Of a stretch of DNA of 64,000 bases, positions 48,193 through 58,987 are shown in pieces (the first letter of the stretch is position 1; the number at the start of each line of letters is the position of its first letter). The notes beneath the pieces are model-generated. The model searched no databases. It worked only from the letters and a program-made list of their open reading frames with translations, and was not told where the DNA came from. The translations under genes were made by a program, and so were the position numbers. The stretch spans positions 32,505 to 96,504 of the forward strand of contig CAIRNR010000006.1 in NCBI GenBank assembly GCA_903879985.1, in the 5' to 3' direction. The DNA comes from an uncultured candidate division WWE3 bacterium (lineage in GTDB: Bacteria > Patescibacteriota > WWE3 > UBA101185 > UBA10185).

Positions 48193-50058
48193 ATGGCTAC
48201 AAAAGCTGCAAAAGACACAAAAAACGATTTTCAAAAAGTAAGTCTCAACGAATTTTTTAACATTACCAAATGGGTATTGTCTCTTTTGTTAGACATACAC
48301 CCTTGGGCTACCATTACCTACATCACAACTGCAGCCCTTGTCGGCGTTGAAGATTTGGTTTATACCTATATTTTCGCTAAAGCTATTGATCAGTTAATTA
48401 AAGTAGCGTCAACACCAAACGCGGCACTACCACAACTTTACCCATTTTTAGCCATACTTTTGATATATAACATTGCCGATACCGTACTTAGCTACGTAAA
48501 CAGTTACACGTCATTGGTTATAAGAACAGATAGTAGACCAAGAATTCGTCAAAAGTTTTATACAAAACTAAATACATTGGGTATTCAAACATTGGAACAG
48601 CCTGGAGTTAATGACAAAATATTTAGAGCAAACGACTATTTATCAAACGTAATTCCTTACCTGGAAAGTATTGTCAGATTAACAACCAGCATTTTTCGCG
48701 CTGTCACAGCAATGATAGTTTTCATATCTTTTATGCCAATATTGGCGGCATTACTCTTGGCTATAGCAATTCCATACGTCATATTTGATAAAAACATGAG
48801 AACAAAGATTTATCGCTTCGACTTTGAAAACACCGAAGGCAACCGAAAAGCTTCGAATGCAGCAAGCACATTGGTAACAAAAAACCAGCTCGAAGAAGTT
48901 ACCATTACAGGAATTTTTCCTTTCCTTGATAAAAAGTTTATTGAATATCAAAACTGGGCAAACAAAATACGACTCAACATTTTCAGAAACTGGCGTTTGG
49001 GAAGTCATTCATACGGCTTTGCCACCGACATATTTGCACTTGCAGCCTATGTTCAAATATTTGGAAAGCTAATTGCTAAAACTATTTCTGTAGGTGACAC
49101 AGTATTCTGGATGCGCGCCTTGGACATTATGCAAAGAGGTATAAATACAGCTTTTCAACAACTAAATGACTTACTAGAAACGTCACTTCAACTTAAAGAT
49201 ACATATACTTTATTTAACACAAAATCTGCATTTACTGATGGTGATGTAAACATTGGGCGTTTAGATAAAGGTCCTGAAATTGCGTTTAATAATGTGAAGT
49301 TTAAATATCCAGCTACAGAAAGATTTATATTAGACGGCATAAACTTGAAAATTAAAAAAGGTGAGAAGTTGGCAATAGTAGGACAGAATGGCGCCGGAAA
49401 AACCACATTAATTAAACTGATAAGTAAATTCTATCAAGCAAACGAGGGTGAAGTACTAGTAAACGGTGTAAACATTAACAGGATATCAGGAGCGTCTTTA
49501 GCCAATAATATGGGCGTACTATTCCAAGATTTTAACGTCTATTCCTACCTTTCTGTCAGAGAAAATATTTACGTTGGCGATACATCAAAACCCATTGATA
49601 ACGAAAACATAAAACTAGCCGCCGCTGCTGCCGACGCCAGCGAATTTATTGACCAATATCCAAACAAATACGATCAGATTTTGGGAGAAAGTTATAAAGG
49701 TGGCATAAGACCAAGTTCTGGCCAATGGCAAAAGTTAGCGTTAGCCCGATTCTTTTACCGAAACTCTCCATTGGTTATTTTTGACGAGCCAACCGCCTCG
49801 ATAGATGCCGTATCAGAATATAATATTTTTAATCGCATATATGAATTTTTTAAGGGTAAAACAGTCATTATTATTTCGCATAGATTTTCAACCGTACGCA
49901 ACGCCGACAGAATAGTGGTTTTAGACAAAGGACATATTGTTGAAGAAGGCACCCACGAGGAACTTATGGCTATGAAAGGAAAATACGCACACGGATTTAA
50001 ACTACAAGCTCAGGGATATCAAATAGGACAAGACGGCGTAGTCGACAAACAAGCCTAA
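48193..50058 (+). CDS. ABC transporter, fused permease/ATPase
   Basis: N-terminal TMD; GQNGAGKTT, SSGQWQKLALAR, FDEPT, ISHRFSTV. Confidence 0.93.
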   Translation: MATKAAKDTKNDFQKVSLNEFFNITKWVLSLLLDIHPWATITYITTAALVGVEDLVYTYIFAKAIDQLIKVASTPNAALPQLYPFLAILLIYNIADTVLSYVNSYTSLVIRTDSRPRIRQKFYTKLNTLGIQTLEQPGVNDKIFRANDYLSNVIPYLESIVRLTTSIFRAVTAMIVFISFMPILAALLLAIAIPYVIFDKNMRTKIYRFDFENTEGNRKASNAASTLVTKNQLEEVTITGIFPFLDKKFIEYQNWANKIRLNIFRNWRLGSHSYGFATDIFALAAYVQIFGKLIAKTISVGDTVFWMRALDIMQRGINTAFQQLNDLLETSLQLKDTYTLFNTKSAFTDGDVNIGRLDKGPEIAFNNVKFKYPATERFILDGINLKIKKGEKLAIVGQNGAGKTTLIKLISKFYQANEGEVLVNGVNINRISGASLANNMGVLFQDFNVYSYLSVRENIYVGDTSKPIDNENIKLAAAAADASEFIDQYPNKYDQILGESYKGGIRPSSGQWQKLALARFFYRNSPLVIFDEPTASIDAVSEYNIFNRIYEFFKGKTVIIISHRFSTVRNADRIVVLDKGHIVEEGTHEELMAMKGKYAHGFKLQAQGYQIGQDGVVDKQA

Positions 50059-50115
50059 TTTTAAATATAACCCAGTTTCTGCTACAATCGCACGTAATCA
50101 ACCAAAGGAGAACAT

Positions 50116-50403
50116 ATGGAAGGCTTAAAGTGGAGTTGGTACTGTATCAAAATGCTCGTACACCGGCGATCGTTTTGGGTTGGCGGCATGTTAATGTTTC
50201 TGTTGGGGCTTCTTGCAATTTTTTACGTTTACTGCGTCAAACCACAGAGCATGGTTTTTTCTTACCTACAAGGATGGTACGCCGTAGTAGCCGGGATATT
50301 TTGGTTATATCTCTCAATGATGCTCGGAGGCTTTCTTGGAGTTGAAATCAAGGATGAAGCTCAACGGGCATGGGAACTGGAACAGGAAGAAAGAGGATTG
50401 TAA
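50116..50403 (+). CDS. Small two-TM hypothetical protein
   Basis: SD AAAGGAG; stem-loop 50417-50448 follows. Confidence 0.65.
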   Translation: MEGLKWSWYCIKMLVHRRSFWVGGMLMFLLGLLAIFYVYCVKPQSMVFSYLQGWYAVVAGIFWLYLSMMLGGFLGVEIKDEAQRAWELEQEERGL

Positions 50404-50462
50404 AAGCAAAACAAAAAGCGCGCAGATAATTTAAAATGTCTGTGCGCTAATTTCTTTTAAGA

Positions 50463-52337
50463 CTACTTTTTTAAAGTAATTCCAAACTCTTTTGCTAACA
50501 TTCCCACGATGTTCTCGCGAATAGTCTTGGTATCTTCACTTGTTATCTGCTTATTTCGATCCAAAAATTCAAACGATAAAGTGAGAGCGTTTTTATATAA
50601 GTCTTTAAATTCTATTTTCTCGTTACGGGAATCTACACTTTTTATCTTTAAAATAATATCCGCGTAATATTCTGTGCCTTTAACCTCAAAAGTCATGTCC
50701 TCTTTAATAGCGTTGAAATGTGTAACAGGTGTGTATGTTCCGGTATTTTTGGCCAACAAAACCATTTCTTCAAAAGGTAATTCAACACCATAAACGTTTT
50801 TTCCGTAATCTTTAATTTCAACCTGAGAAAAACCCGTTATACGCATTTCGGCATAAATGGCTTCAACAATTCCTTTAACGTTCAAATAATCCAAACCTTT
50901 TGTAACAAGAGCAAGTCGCAACGGTTGCGCTGGCAAAGTTCCAGAGACCTTATGATATGTGCTGGCCAACTCGAAAAGTTTAATCTTATCGGAGTATCCT
51001 TGGTTTTTGTCCATAACCTCTTTTAACTGAGGCAACAAAGATGTTTTCAAACTAGTTAAGTCTTCGTTTAACGGATTCGCAATTTCAACAGGATCGCTAC
51101 CAGCTAACTTTTTAGTTGTCATGGAAGTAGTGTAAATTTCAAAGAAACCTAAATTCTTTAACATGTCCTTTATACGATCTTCCCAATAAAATGAGGGTGA
51201 AGCACTTGTAAGTGGAATTGGTGTACTTAATAATGTGTTGGGCAATTTGTAATAACCATAAAGTCTAATAACTTCTTCGGCGAGATCTTCGGCAATATCA
51301 ATGTCGTCATATCTCCAAGATGGAACTAAAACCTTACCATCTCTTATAACAAAGCCTAAATCCATTAAGGATTGTTCAGCTGTTTTTTTATCTATTTCTA
51401 TACCGGCAACGTAGTTTATGCGTGCATAATCAAACGCAACCATTTTTTCTGGCTTACTCACATTCACAATATCAATAAGTGGTGAGGAAACACGTGCGGC
51501 AGCGGTTTGTTGTAACATTTCGACAGCTTCCCAAAGTGCCGGTAAAATACCAGCTGTATCAATTCCTTTTTCAAAACGTAAGGCAGCTTCGGTTCGATGA
51601 CCCAAACTCATACTAGCTTTTCTAATTCTTTGAGGGTCGTATTCTTGAACAAATAACAAAACTTTTTTGGTGTTCTCGTCGACTTCACTGTTTTTAGCAC
51701 CCATGATTCCGCATAAATCAATTAAACGACCATCGCCGTCTTCAATAACAATGACGCCTGCGGGCAATACTCGTTTAACACTGTCCAAAGTGATAACTTC
51801 TTCACCTGCTTTTGATTCGCGAACAATCATTTTGTGACCACCAATTTTGTCGTAGTCAAATGCATGCATTGGTTGGCCTTTATCAAACATCATGTAGTTT
51901 GTAACATCGATAACATTGTTAAGTGCTCTTGTACCAACTTTTAGTAACCTTTGGTGAGTTAGAGTAGGGGACTGTGCAATTTTTATGTTGTCCAAAACTA
52001 CAGCGCTAAATCGTGGAACCAAAGTTGGATCTGTTATAACAACTTCAAGTTTATCGGTTGTACCTTCGGATACTTTTAAGGCGCGCTGTTCAATCCATTC
52101 AGCTTTAAAACCTTGGCGGGGCAACACAGCTTTGAGTTCACGAGCAATTCCCAAAACGGACAAAGCATCACCTCTGTTAGGAGTAATTTCTATTTCGAAT
52201 AGAGAATCACCGTCTTCTGATTTTATTATTTTTTCGCATGAAAAAGCGTGTAACGACAAAGCGTTAGCGATATCAGCAGGTTTAGCGTCGGTCTTTATAT
52301 AATCCAATAACCATGAATGTGGAATTAGTACGTTCAT
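50463..52337 (-). CDS. pheT: Phenylalanyl-tRNA synthetase beta subunit (short form)
   Basis: EITPNRGD.LS..GIARE, GQPMHAFD, RFEKG, PSWR.D....DL.EE. Confidence 0.96.
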   Translation of the reverse strand: MNVLIPHSWLLDYIKTDAKPADIANALSLHAFSCEKIIKSEDGDSLFEIEITPNRGDALSVLGIARELKAVLPRQGFKAEWIEQRALKVSEGTTDKLEVVITDPTLVPRFSAVVLDNIKIAQSPTLTHQRLLKVGTRALNNVIDVTNYMMFDKGQPMHAFDYDKIGGHKMIVRESKAGEEVITLDSVKRVLPAGVIVIEDGDGRLIDLCGIMGAKNSEVDENTKKVLLFVQEYDPQRIRKASMSLGHRTEAALRFEKGIDTAGILPALWEAVEMLQQTAAARVSSPLIDIVNVSKPEKMVAFDYARINYVAGIEIDKKTAEQSLMDLGFVIRDGKVLVPSWRYDDIDIAEDLAEEVIRLYGYYKLPNTLLSTPIPLTSASPSFYWEDRIKDMLKNLGFFEIYTTSMTTKKLAGSDPVEIANPLNEDLTSLKTSLLPQLKEVMDKNQGYSDKIKLFELASTYHKVSGTLPAQPLRLALVTKGLDYLNVKGIVEAIYAEMRITGFSQVEIKDYGKNVYGVELPFEEMVLLAKNTGTYTPVTHFNAIKEDMTFEVKGTEYYADIILKIKSVDSRNEKIEFKDLYKNALTLSFEFLDRNKQITSEDTKTIRENIVGMLAKEFGITLKK

Positions 52338-52338
52338 A

Positions 52339-53376
52339 TTAAAACTGCTCCAAAAACTTTAAATCATTACCAAGTAAATGTCTTATATCATCAATGCGTG
52401 TTCCGGATTTCATCATGTATACGCGCTCTACGCCCCAGCCAAATGCAAACCCACTGTATTGTGTAGGATCAACTCCTCCGGCTATTAAAACGTTAGGGTG
52501 AACCATTCCTGCGCCACCTAACTCAAGCCAGCCACCTTTACACAACTTGCAACCAACGCCTCCACAGATTCCACAAGAAATATCAATTTCAAAACTCGGT
52601 TCAGTAAATCTAAAGTCGTAAGGACGCAAACGAATTTGGCGATCAGGCCCGTAAAAGTTTTTAGCGAAGTAGTTTAAAACGCCTTTTAAGTGAGAAATAT
52701 TAATTCCTTTATCTACAACTAATCCTTCGAACTGAAAGAATGTTGGATTGTGACTAATATCGGATTGGCGGCGTCCGCATCGTGAAATATTTAACATGCG
52801 TATTGGTAAGTCGCCTTTTAACATTTCGCGGATTTGTCCGTTTGAAGTATGTGGAGTAATAACTTGTCGGCTCATTTTTGGGTCAACAGGCGCGTCTATG
52901 AAAAAGGTTTCCCACTCATCACGTGCCGGATGTGTTGCCGGAATATTTAATGCTTCAAAAGCGTAATATTCCCAATCAATTTCCGGATGACGAACGCGGG
53001 TAAAGCCTAATGGTTTAAACACTTCCACAATTTCGCGAATTGCTTGAGTTGTAACATGTAAGTGACCGATCTCAGGTTTTTTTCCAGGAAGTGTTTTAAC
53101 AAAATCTTCTAGAGAATCCGCTTTATGTTGGGTTGAAAGTTGTTCGGTAGCCAAAGCCAAGCCTGTTTCCACTTCCTGCTTTATTTCGTTTATAACCAAA
53201 CCAACTTGTTTTTTATCTTCAACGGAAAGTGATGCTAACTCCGCGGTAAGGCGTTTTAGTACGCCATTTTTACCGAGAAATTTTACACGCAGGTTTTCAA
53301 TCGCCGCCAAAGAATCAGCTGTTTTAAGTTCTTCTTTTATTTCGTTTTTGGCTAGTGAAAGACTGGACAAATCCAT
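52339..53376 (-). CDS. pheS: Phenylalanyl-tRNA synthetase alpha subunit
   Basis: HPARD..TF, HTS..Q, F.FTEPS.E, ELGGAGMVHP, GFAFG.G.ER. Confidence 0.97.
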   Translation of the reverse strand: MDLSSLSLAKNEIKEELKTADSLAAIENLRVKFLGKNGVLKRLTAELASLSVEDKKQVGLVINEIKQEVETGLALATEQLSTQHKADSLEDFVKTLPGKKPEIGHLHVTTQAIREIVEVFKPLGFTRVRHPEIDWEYYAFEALNIPATHPARDEWETFFIDAPVDPKMSRQVITPHTSNGQIREMLKGDLPIRMLNISRCGRRQSDISHNPTFFQFEGLVVDKGINISHLKGVLNYFAKNFYGPDRQIRLRPYDFRFTEPSFEIDISCGICGGVGCKLCKGGWLELGGAGMVHPNVLIAGGVDPTQYSGFAFGWGVERVYMMKSGTRIDDIRHLLGNDLKFLEQF

Positions 53377-53440
53377 AGTGCTATTCTATCGCGTTCCCGA
53401 TGCATCGCCAATAAGAAAAGTTTACGCCACACTGGCGCAT

Positions 53441-56137
53441 TTACTGAGCTGAATAACCTACAACCTGTAATTTAACAGTATCACTTCCTTTGTTACCACT
53501 CTTATCTTCAGCCGTAGCTTCAAACTCATGTGTACCAATATCGCCAGCAGAAAGGTCAAAGCTGTAACCATAAGGGGCGCTGGAATCATCTGCAATCTTT
53601 TTACCATCCATATAAATTCGGACTTGTTTAAGTTTGTTGTATGCTGAAACTTCAATATTAAGTCTGAATTTTAAACTGACTTTGTCGTTATCATTTACCC
53701 CAACTATTTTTACGCCAACATTATCCTGATTTGTAACATCGCTGCCATCAAATTCAAGTTGAGAAGTCATTTGAGGTGGGAAGTACTTTGTATCATCCTT
53801 GTAATTTTCCTTTACCCAAGAGTCAGCCGCAGATTGCCACTCGGTATATGGAGCTGTTATCTTTACGAAGTTTTTAACACTTGTCTCGTCGGCATCTTTG
53901 CATCCTTGGTTAGCTAAACGCCCGTCAATTTTACAAACTTCTAGTTTTTGATACCAATCACTTTTAGCTGTTGGTTCCGTACCTTTTACAAACCACTCAG
54001 GTCTGGTTGGGAAATCTTCATAAGGTAAACCACCGGTTAAAGTATCTACTGTAATTTTTTGAACATCCGCAGGTGGGTCGAATTTTTCTACAGGTTTATC
54101 GGCAAGGTATGTTTTCATGAAAGTATTCCAAATTGGTGAAGCTCCTGAGATACCTGACGCAACATAAGGATTCATTTTGTCGTTATTACTATTACCAACC
54201 CATACACCAACTACTACCGAAGGCGTATAGCCAATTGCATAGTTGTCACGTTTATCATCAGTAGTTCCTGTTTTAACAGCAACTTGGCGACCCGAAATAT
54301 TAAGTAAACTACCAACGCCAAATACGGCACTTCGTGCGCCATCGTCAGACAAAACATCCGAAATTATAAAGGCAACTCCTTCGTCTAAGGCCTTTACACC
54401 TTGAGCCTGGGGTTTATAAATAACTTTTCCACTTGGGTCATCAATTTCAATAATTGGTGTAGGAGGATGATACAAACCTTTATCGGCAAAAACGGAATAA
54501 GCGTTTGTTAGCTCGAGTAGTTTTGTTTCACCACCGCCCAAAGTTAAGGCCAAACCATAACGGCTTGGATCGGTAAATGTGGTTATTCCCATTTTTTGAG
54601 CCTGCGCAATCATGTTACTAATTCCGGCAATCTTTAAAGCTTCTACAGCAGGAATATTTTCAGAATTTCCCAAAGATTTACGTAAAGACATAACACCTTG
54701 ATAAGTTCCTTCATAGTTCTCTGGAATATATGGTTGATCCGGAGCTGCGCCTTCAAAAGCAATTGGAACATCTAAAAATGGATAGGCGGCTGTATAACCT
54801 TGTGAAAGCATTGTTGCGTAAGTTATTGGTTTTATTGCAGATCCCGGCTGTCGTTTTGATATCGCAACATTAACGTACGGATCAAACGTACAACTGTTAT
54901 CGCCAGTTGTTCCCGAAACACATCCTGCAGGTTGAGGATCAAGATTGTAGCCTTTAGAACCAACCATCGCTAATATTTCACCGTTTTGAGGATTGATAAC
55001 AACCATGGAAGCATTCCAAATGTTTAAGCTTTGAGAAGATTTAGTTAATTCGTTGGTTATCGTGTCTTGCGCCAAATTCTGTGCAGTCATATCTAGAGTC
55101 GTTTTAATTTTAAGTCCGCCTTTTTCAACAACATCAGATCCAAGTAAGTCGGCTGCATATTGTTTTGCGTAATAAATAAAATGAGGTGCCGCTAAAGGAA
55201 CACGTTCAGTTTGGAAATTTAATTTTTCTTCTTTGGCTTTGTTATAAGCATCATCACTTATGAAAAAACGCTTTCCATCGGGACCAAGCCATCCGTGATC
55301 ATGCATTAAATACAAAACGTAATCTTTTCTGGCTAAACCAGCTTCGGGATTACTACCAAACTGAGAATAATAACTTGGACTTTGGGGTAAGCCCGCTAGG
55401 TAAGCAGCTTCGGCTAAAGTTAAATCTGCAGGAACTTTGTTAAAGTAAGCTTTAGCGGCAGAGTAAACTCCGTAGTTCTGGCCACCATATGGCGTTTCGT
55501 TTAAGTACATTTGTAAAATCTGATCTTTACTATAGCGACTTTCCAACTGCAAAGACAAAATAAGTTCTTTTATTTTTCTGGTGACAGTTTGTTCTTGAGA
55601 TAGGAGAGTATTTTTAATAACCTGCTGAGTTAAGGTAGAACCACTTTGCAAACTTCCACCAAAGAAAATGTTTTTGGCCGCACGAGCCATACCAACTATA
55701 GAATAGCCTTGGTGTGTATAAAAAGATGCGTCCTCAGTCGCTAAAGTAGCGTGTTGCATATCAGTAGGAATTGATTGCATGGTTACAAGCGTTCTGTTTT
55801 TGTCGCCATAAACTTCGTAAATTAAGTTGTCGTTTCGATCGTAAAAACGTGTTGAGAGCTCTAAGCTTCTTTCGAGCAAAGTGTTTGGATTAGGCAAGTC
55901 GCGCGAAAAATAAGCAAAAACAAAAATTACACCCACCAAACCTATGACCATTACCGAGAAAACAAATGTTGATAGATAAGTGAGTATTCTAAGTTTAGTT
56001 GTACCTAAATGCTTAAACGAACGTCTGGAAACGCTATCGGCATTTTTTTTAATGGTTCCTATATGTGTGTCTAGCCCGAGATTGTTTAAAAACTTTAATC
56101 TTCTGCGACTAAAAAATCCGCCTGAAACTTTTGGCAT
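53441..56137 (-). CDS. Class A penicillin-binding protein with C-terminal Ig-like domain
   Basis: ATED..F..H.G, GSTLTQQ, RK.KE; SAIK, SEN, KTGT; Big-domain tail. Confidence 0.95.
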   Translation of the reverse strand: MPKVSGGFFSRRRLKFLNNLGLDTHIGTIKKNADSVSRRSFKHLGTTKLRILTYLSTFVFSVMVIGLVGVIFVFAYFSRDLPNPNTLLERSLELSTRFYDRNDNLIYEVYGDKNRTLVTMQSIPTDMQHATLATEDASFYTHQGYSIVGMARAAKNIFFGGSLQSGSTLTQQVIKNTLLSQEQTVTRKIKELILSLQLESRYSKDQILQMYLNETPYGGQNYGVYSAAKAYFNKVPADLTLAEAAYLAGLPQSPSYYSQFGSNPEAGLARKDYVLYLMHDHGWLGPDGKRFFISDDAYNKAKEEKLNFQTERVPLAAPHFIYYAKQYAADLLGSDVVEKGGLKIKTTLDMTAQNLAQDTITNELTKSSQSLNIWNASMVVINPQNGEILAMVGSKGYNLDPQPAGCVSGTTGDNSCTFDPYVNVAISKRQPGSAIKPITYATMLSQGYTAAYPFLDVPIAFEGAAPDQPYIPENYEGTYQGVMSLRKSLGNSENIPAVEALKIAGISNMIAQAQKMGITTFTDPSRYGLALTLGGGETKLLELTNAYSVFADKGLYHPPTPIIEIDDPSGKVIYKPQAQGVKALDEGVAFIISDVLSDDGARSAVFGVGSLLNISGRQVAVKTGTTDDKRDNYAIGYTPSVVVGVWVGNSNNDKMNPYVASGISGASPIWNTFMKTYLADKPVEKFDPPADVQKITVDTLTGGLPYEDFPTRPEWFVKGTEPTAKSDWYQKLEVCKIDGRLANQGCKDADETSVKNFVKITAPYTEWQSAADSWVKENYKDDTKYFPPQMTSQLEFDGSDVTNQDNVGVKIVGVNDNDKVSLKFRLNIEVSAYNKLKQVRIYMDGKKIADDSSAPYGYSFDLSAGDIGTHEFEATAEDKSGNKGSDTVKLQVVGYSAQ

Positions 56138-56192
56138 AGTCCTTAGATTTTATCATTTACAAGAGTGGTGCGCCAATGCGGTAAAGGGCTTG

Positions 56193-56221
56193 TTGACGGT
56201 CACTTCCCATAGTAATACAAT
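56193..56221 (+). promoter_or_regulatory. Sigma70-type promoter
   Basis: TTGACG-17 nt-TACAAT. Confidence 0.7.
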
Positions 56222-56256
56222 GCAGGGACAATTCATTCTAGTAAAAGGAGAGTGTT

Positions 56257-56577
56257 ATGTTAGATGCTGTTGTATTAGGCACGAAATCTACAAGCATCAC
56301 CGAGAAAAATCGAACGTCACAAAAAATCCTGTTCGATATTACCGGGGTGCCTGCACGATCGGTGGGTAATGTTGGCAATAAAGCTGAAGTTACCATTGAA
56401 GGCAAAAAGCCAACCGTTGGAAACAACCCCTGCGGATGCACAAAGGTTGTTATGATTAAGAATCATAAAGGCCGTTGGGAATTAACTCCGGAAGCATTGT
56501 TGAAACTTGCAAAATGCTTCAAAGGCCACGCAAACGAAATCGGCGAGCATATCCTGGCAACCGCCAACAGCGCGTAA
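56257..56577 (+). CDS. Small hypothetical protein
   Basis: Own promoter, SD AAAAGGAG and terminator. Confidence 0.7.
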   Translation: MLDAVVLGTKSTSITEKNRTSQKILFDITGVPARSVGNVGNKAEVTIEGKKPTVGNNPCGCTKVVMIKNHKGRWELTPEALLKLAKCFKGHANEIGEHILATANSA

Positions 56578-56600
56578 AATTGACATCATTGTAGTGAACT

Positions 56601-56638
56601 AATCCGTCTTTTAACAAAATTAAAAGGCGGATTTTTTT
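56601..56638 (+). terminator. Intrinsic terminator
   Basis: AATCCGTCTTTTAA/TTAAAAGGCGGATT plus T-tract. Confidence 0.85.
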
Positions 56639-56692
56639 GTTGTATTAGACTAAAATATTGGTAACACAATATCAGTTGTAAGAGAGGGTACT

Positions 56693-56905
56693 ATGCGAAA
56701 AGCAACGACGCTTAAGAGTTTTTCGTTTGGGAGTAGGGGAACCGAATTAATATTCACAGGTTTCCAGTTAAGAAGGAACCAAATTGTCCGTTTAGGTAAC
56801 ACTGGCTGTTTTGTCCGCGTAATAAAAGGACCAACACCTGTAACCGGAGAAAATGGAGAGCACACTATCATGTACACGGTATCTAGGAATTTATGTGAAA
56901 AATAG
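56693..56905 (+). CDS. Small hypothetical protein
   Basis: SD GAGAGG; terminator follows. Confidence 0.55.
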   Translation: MRKATTLKSFSFGSRGTELIFTGFQLRRNQIVRLGNTGCFVRVIKGPTPVTGENGEHTIMYTVSRNLCEK

Positions 56906-56920
56906 GTTCCTAAAATAACC

Positions 56921-56951
56921 ACCCGCTTTTTAAAACAAGGCGGGTCTTTTT
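56921..56951 (+). terminator. Intrinsic terminator
   Basis: ACCCGCTTT/AAGGCGGGT plus T-tract. Confidence 0.8.
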
Positions 56952-56987
56952 ATCCAAAATCATTCACCGTTCTGATATACTATTGTC

Positions 56988-58202
56988 ATGTCTACACCAA
57001 CATCAAAAGTCAGAACAGATCCGGAACTAATTGAAAAATTTCTCACCCGTGGTGTTGATACTGTTTATCCAACAAAAGAAGCTTTACGAAAAAAATTAAT
57101 GTCAGGCGAAAGAATCCGAGCATATCAAGGTTTTGATCCAACTGGTCCTTTTTTACATATGGGACATGCTATGGGAATCCGAGCTTTGAGAATCCTTCAG
57201 GAACTCGGTCACGAAGTTATATTTTTAGTTGGTGACTACACATCAAAAGTGGGTGATCCCGATAAACGTCGCGAGATAATGTCTGATGAAGCTATTCACA
57301 AGAATGAAGAAGGTTGGAAAACACAGGCGTCACAAATAATTAACTTTGAAGGCGAAAACCCGGTTCAATTTAAACATAACTTTGAATGGCTATCGAAACT
57401 CACACTTCACGACTTAATTCACTTAATGTCTAATGCCACAGTTCAACAAATGGTTGAGCGCGATATGTTTCAACGCCGACTTGCCGAAAACGATCCAATT
57501 AGATTGCAGGAATTTATATACCCGTTGATGCAAGGTTATGATAGTGTCGCCATGGATGTTGATTTAGAGATTGGCGGAACAGACCAAACATTTAATATGT
57601 TAATGGGACGAGAGCTTGTGAAAAAATACAACAACAAAGAAAAGTTTGTGAGAACAAATGAAATCATGGAAGCACCTGACGGATTGATCATGAGTAAAAC
57701 AAAGGGTAACGGGATTAATTTGGGTGATACATCCGAAGATATTTACGGCAAAGCCATGTCGTACCCGGATAACTTAATTTTACGCGCGATGAAATTGTTA
57801 ACGGACATTCCAATGGAAAATATTGCAGACGCCGAAGCTCAAATGAAATCAGGTGAAAACCCAATGAAGTTTAAAAAGATTTTGGCATATGAACTTGTAA
57901 AAATGTTACGTGGCCAAGCTGATGCCGAAAAAGGTGAAAAACATTTTGAAGCAGTTGTTCAGAATAAAACAGCAGATCTTGATGGCGCAACAGAAGTTAA
58001 CTTAACCGGAAATATGCAATTAGTTGAAGCTTTAAAGCGTGCCCTTGGAGATACGGAATCTGCAAGCAACATTAAACGCTTGATAGAGCAGGGTGGGGTA
58101 GAGGTAGATGGAAAAAAGGAAGCCAATCCTTTTGCAGAAATAACTTTTAAAACAGGAACAATTGTAAAATTTGGAAAAAGAAAGTATTTTAAGGTTGTAT
58201 GA
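56988..58202 (+). CDS. tyrS: Tyrosyl-tRNA synthetase
   Basis: GFDPT...LHMGH, YPLMQGYD, GGTDQ.FN, MSKT, S4 domain. Confidence 0.98.
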   Translation: MSTPTSKVRTDPELIEKFLTRGVDTVYPTKEALRKKLMSGERIRAYQGFDPTGPFLHMGHAMGIRALRILQELGHEVIFLVGDYTSKVGDPDKRREIMSDEAIHKNEEGWKTQASQIINFEGENPVQFKHNFEWLSKLTLHDLIHLMSNATVQQMVERDMFQRRLAENDPIRLQEFIYPLMQGYDSVAMDVDLEIGGTDQTFNMLMGRELVKKYNNKEKFVRTNEIMEAPDGLIMSKTKGNGINLGDTSEDIYGKAMSYPDNLILRAMKLLTDIPMENIADAEAQMKSGENPMKFKKILAYELVKMLRGQADAEKGEKHFEAVVQNKTADLDGATEVNLTGNMQLVEALKRALGDTESASNIKRLIEQGGVEVDGKKEANPFAEITFKTGTIVKFGKRKYFKVV

Positions 58203-58333
58203 TCGAACTTAAAAGAACATTAAGAAAAATCTGGAAAAAAATAACCAAGCGCGAATTTTTGTACAAAACGCTAATTATTGTTAGTTCATTAGCGTTAATC
58301 GCGACTTCGGTATTACCTTATATTTTAAGATAA
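58199..58333 (+). CDS. 44-aa single-TM small protein (MIELKRTLRKIWKKITKREFLYKTLIIVSSLALIATSVLPYILR)
   Basis: ATGA overlap with the tyrS stop; basic N-terminus plus TM helix; ends at the terminator. Confidence 0.7.
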   Translation: MIELKRTLRKIWKKITKREFLYKTLIIVSSLALIATSVLPYILR

Positions 58334-58363
58334 AAGCCTCAGTTGTTTAGTCTGAGGCTTTTT
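58332..58363. terminator. Bidirectional terminator
   Basis: AAAAGCCTCAG/CTGAGGCTTTT between convergent genes. Confidence 0.85.
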
Positions 58364-58365
58364 GA

Positions 58366-58605
58366 TTAACATCCCCCGTCATTATCTTCCATCCGGTACT
58401 CAAAGTTGGTGTTCAAAACAGCCCAGGATACAGAAAGTATTATGCATACATAGTTCTTAAGTTTCTCAGGAATTTCTACCACGAACGAAAAACCTTCTTG
58501 AGAGCTATCCTGCTTTACTTCCACAAGCGAACCCGGGTACATATTGCGCACCACACCAGCTACACCAAGAGCGGTCTCTTCGGTCTTTACAAAAAGTTGC
58601 ATCAC
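58366..58605 (-). CDS. Small hypothetical protein
   Basis: SD TAAGGAG upstream. Confidence 0.6.
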   Translation of the reverse strand: MMQLFVKTEETALGVAGVVRNMYPGSLVEVKQDSSQEGFSFVVEIPEKLKNYVCIILSVSWAVLNTNFEYRMEDNDGGC

Positions 58606-58621
58606 TTCTCCTTACTTCTTT

Positions 58622-58855
58622 TCAGGCATAAGCCGGAACTTGAACAACCTGGCCGCTGACGATCTTGCCCAAGCGATAAACATGGCAAAACGTCCTGAAG
58701 TCGGCCTGAACTGCGACGTTTATAGAATATACAAAATACACGCCACAAGCCCGGTAAATATTCTGGTTCCTTAATATGGGGTTGGTAACTCTCCGATTGT
58801 TGTTGTATGCCAAAATGGCATCTTCAGCCTCTTGTAGTGAACTAAACTCAACCAT
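58622..58855 (-). CDS. Small hypothetical protein, paralog of 58988-59230
   Basis: Shared EF.S...AE.AI.A.N.NR...FC...RLGK.V; SD AAGGAGG precedes the second ATG. Confidence 0.75.
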   Translation of the reverse strand: MVEFSSLQEAEDAILAYNNNRRVTNPILRNQNIYRACGVYFVYSINVAVQADFRTFCHVYRLGKIVSGQVVQVPAYA

Positions 58856-58928
58856 TTTCTCCTCCTTCATCTATTCGTACACGGTTTATATCAATTAAGG
58901 AAATAATAGCATGGTTTTAAAAAGAGTT

Positions 58929-58955
58929 AAGCCCCAGGTGTTTGGTCTGGGGCTT
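58929..58955 (-). terminator. Stem-loop related to 58332-58363
   Basis: AAGCCCCAG-GTGTTTGGT-CTGGGGCTT. Confidence 0.7.
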
Positions 58956-58987
58956 AGGTAAAAAGTTCCAAGTAGGTCATGATGTCC

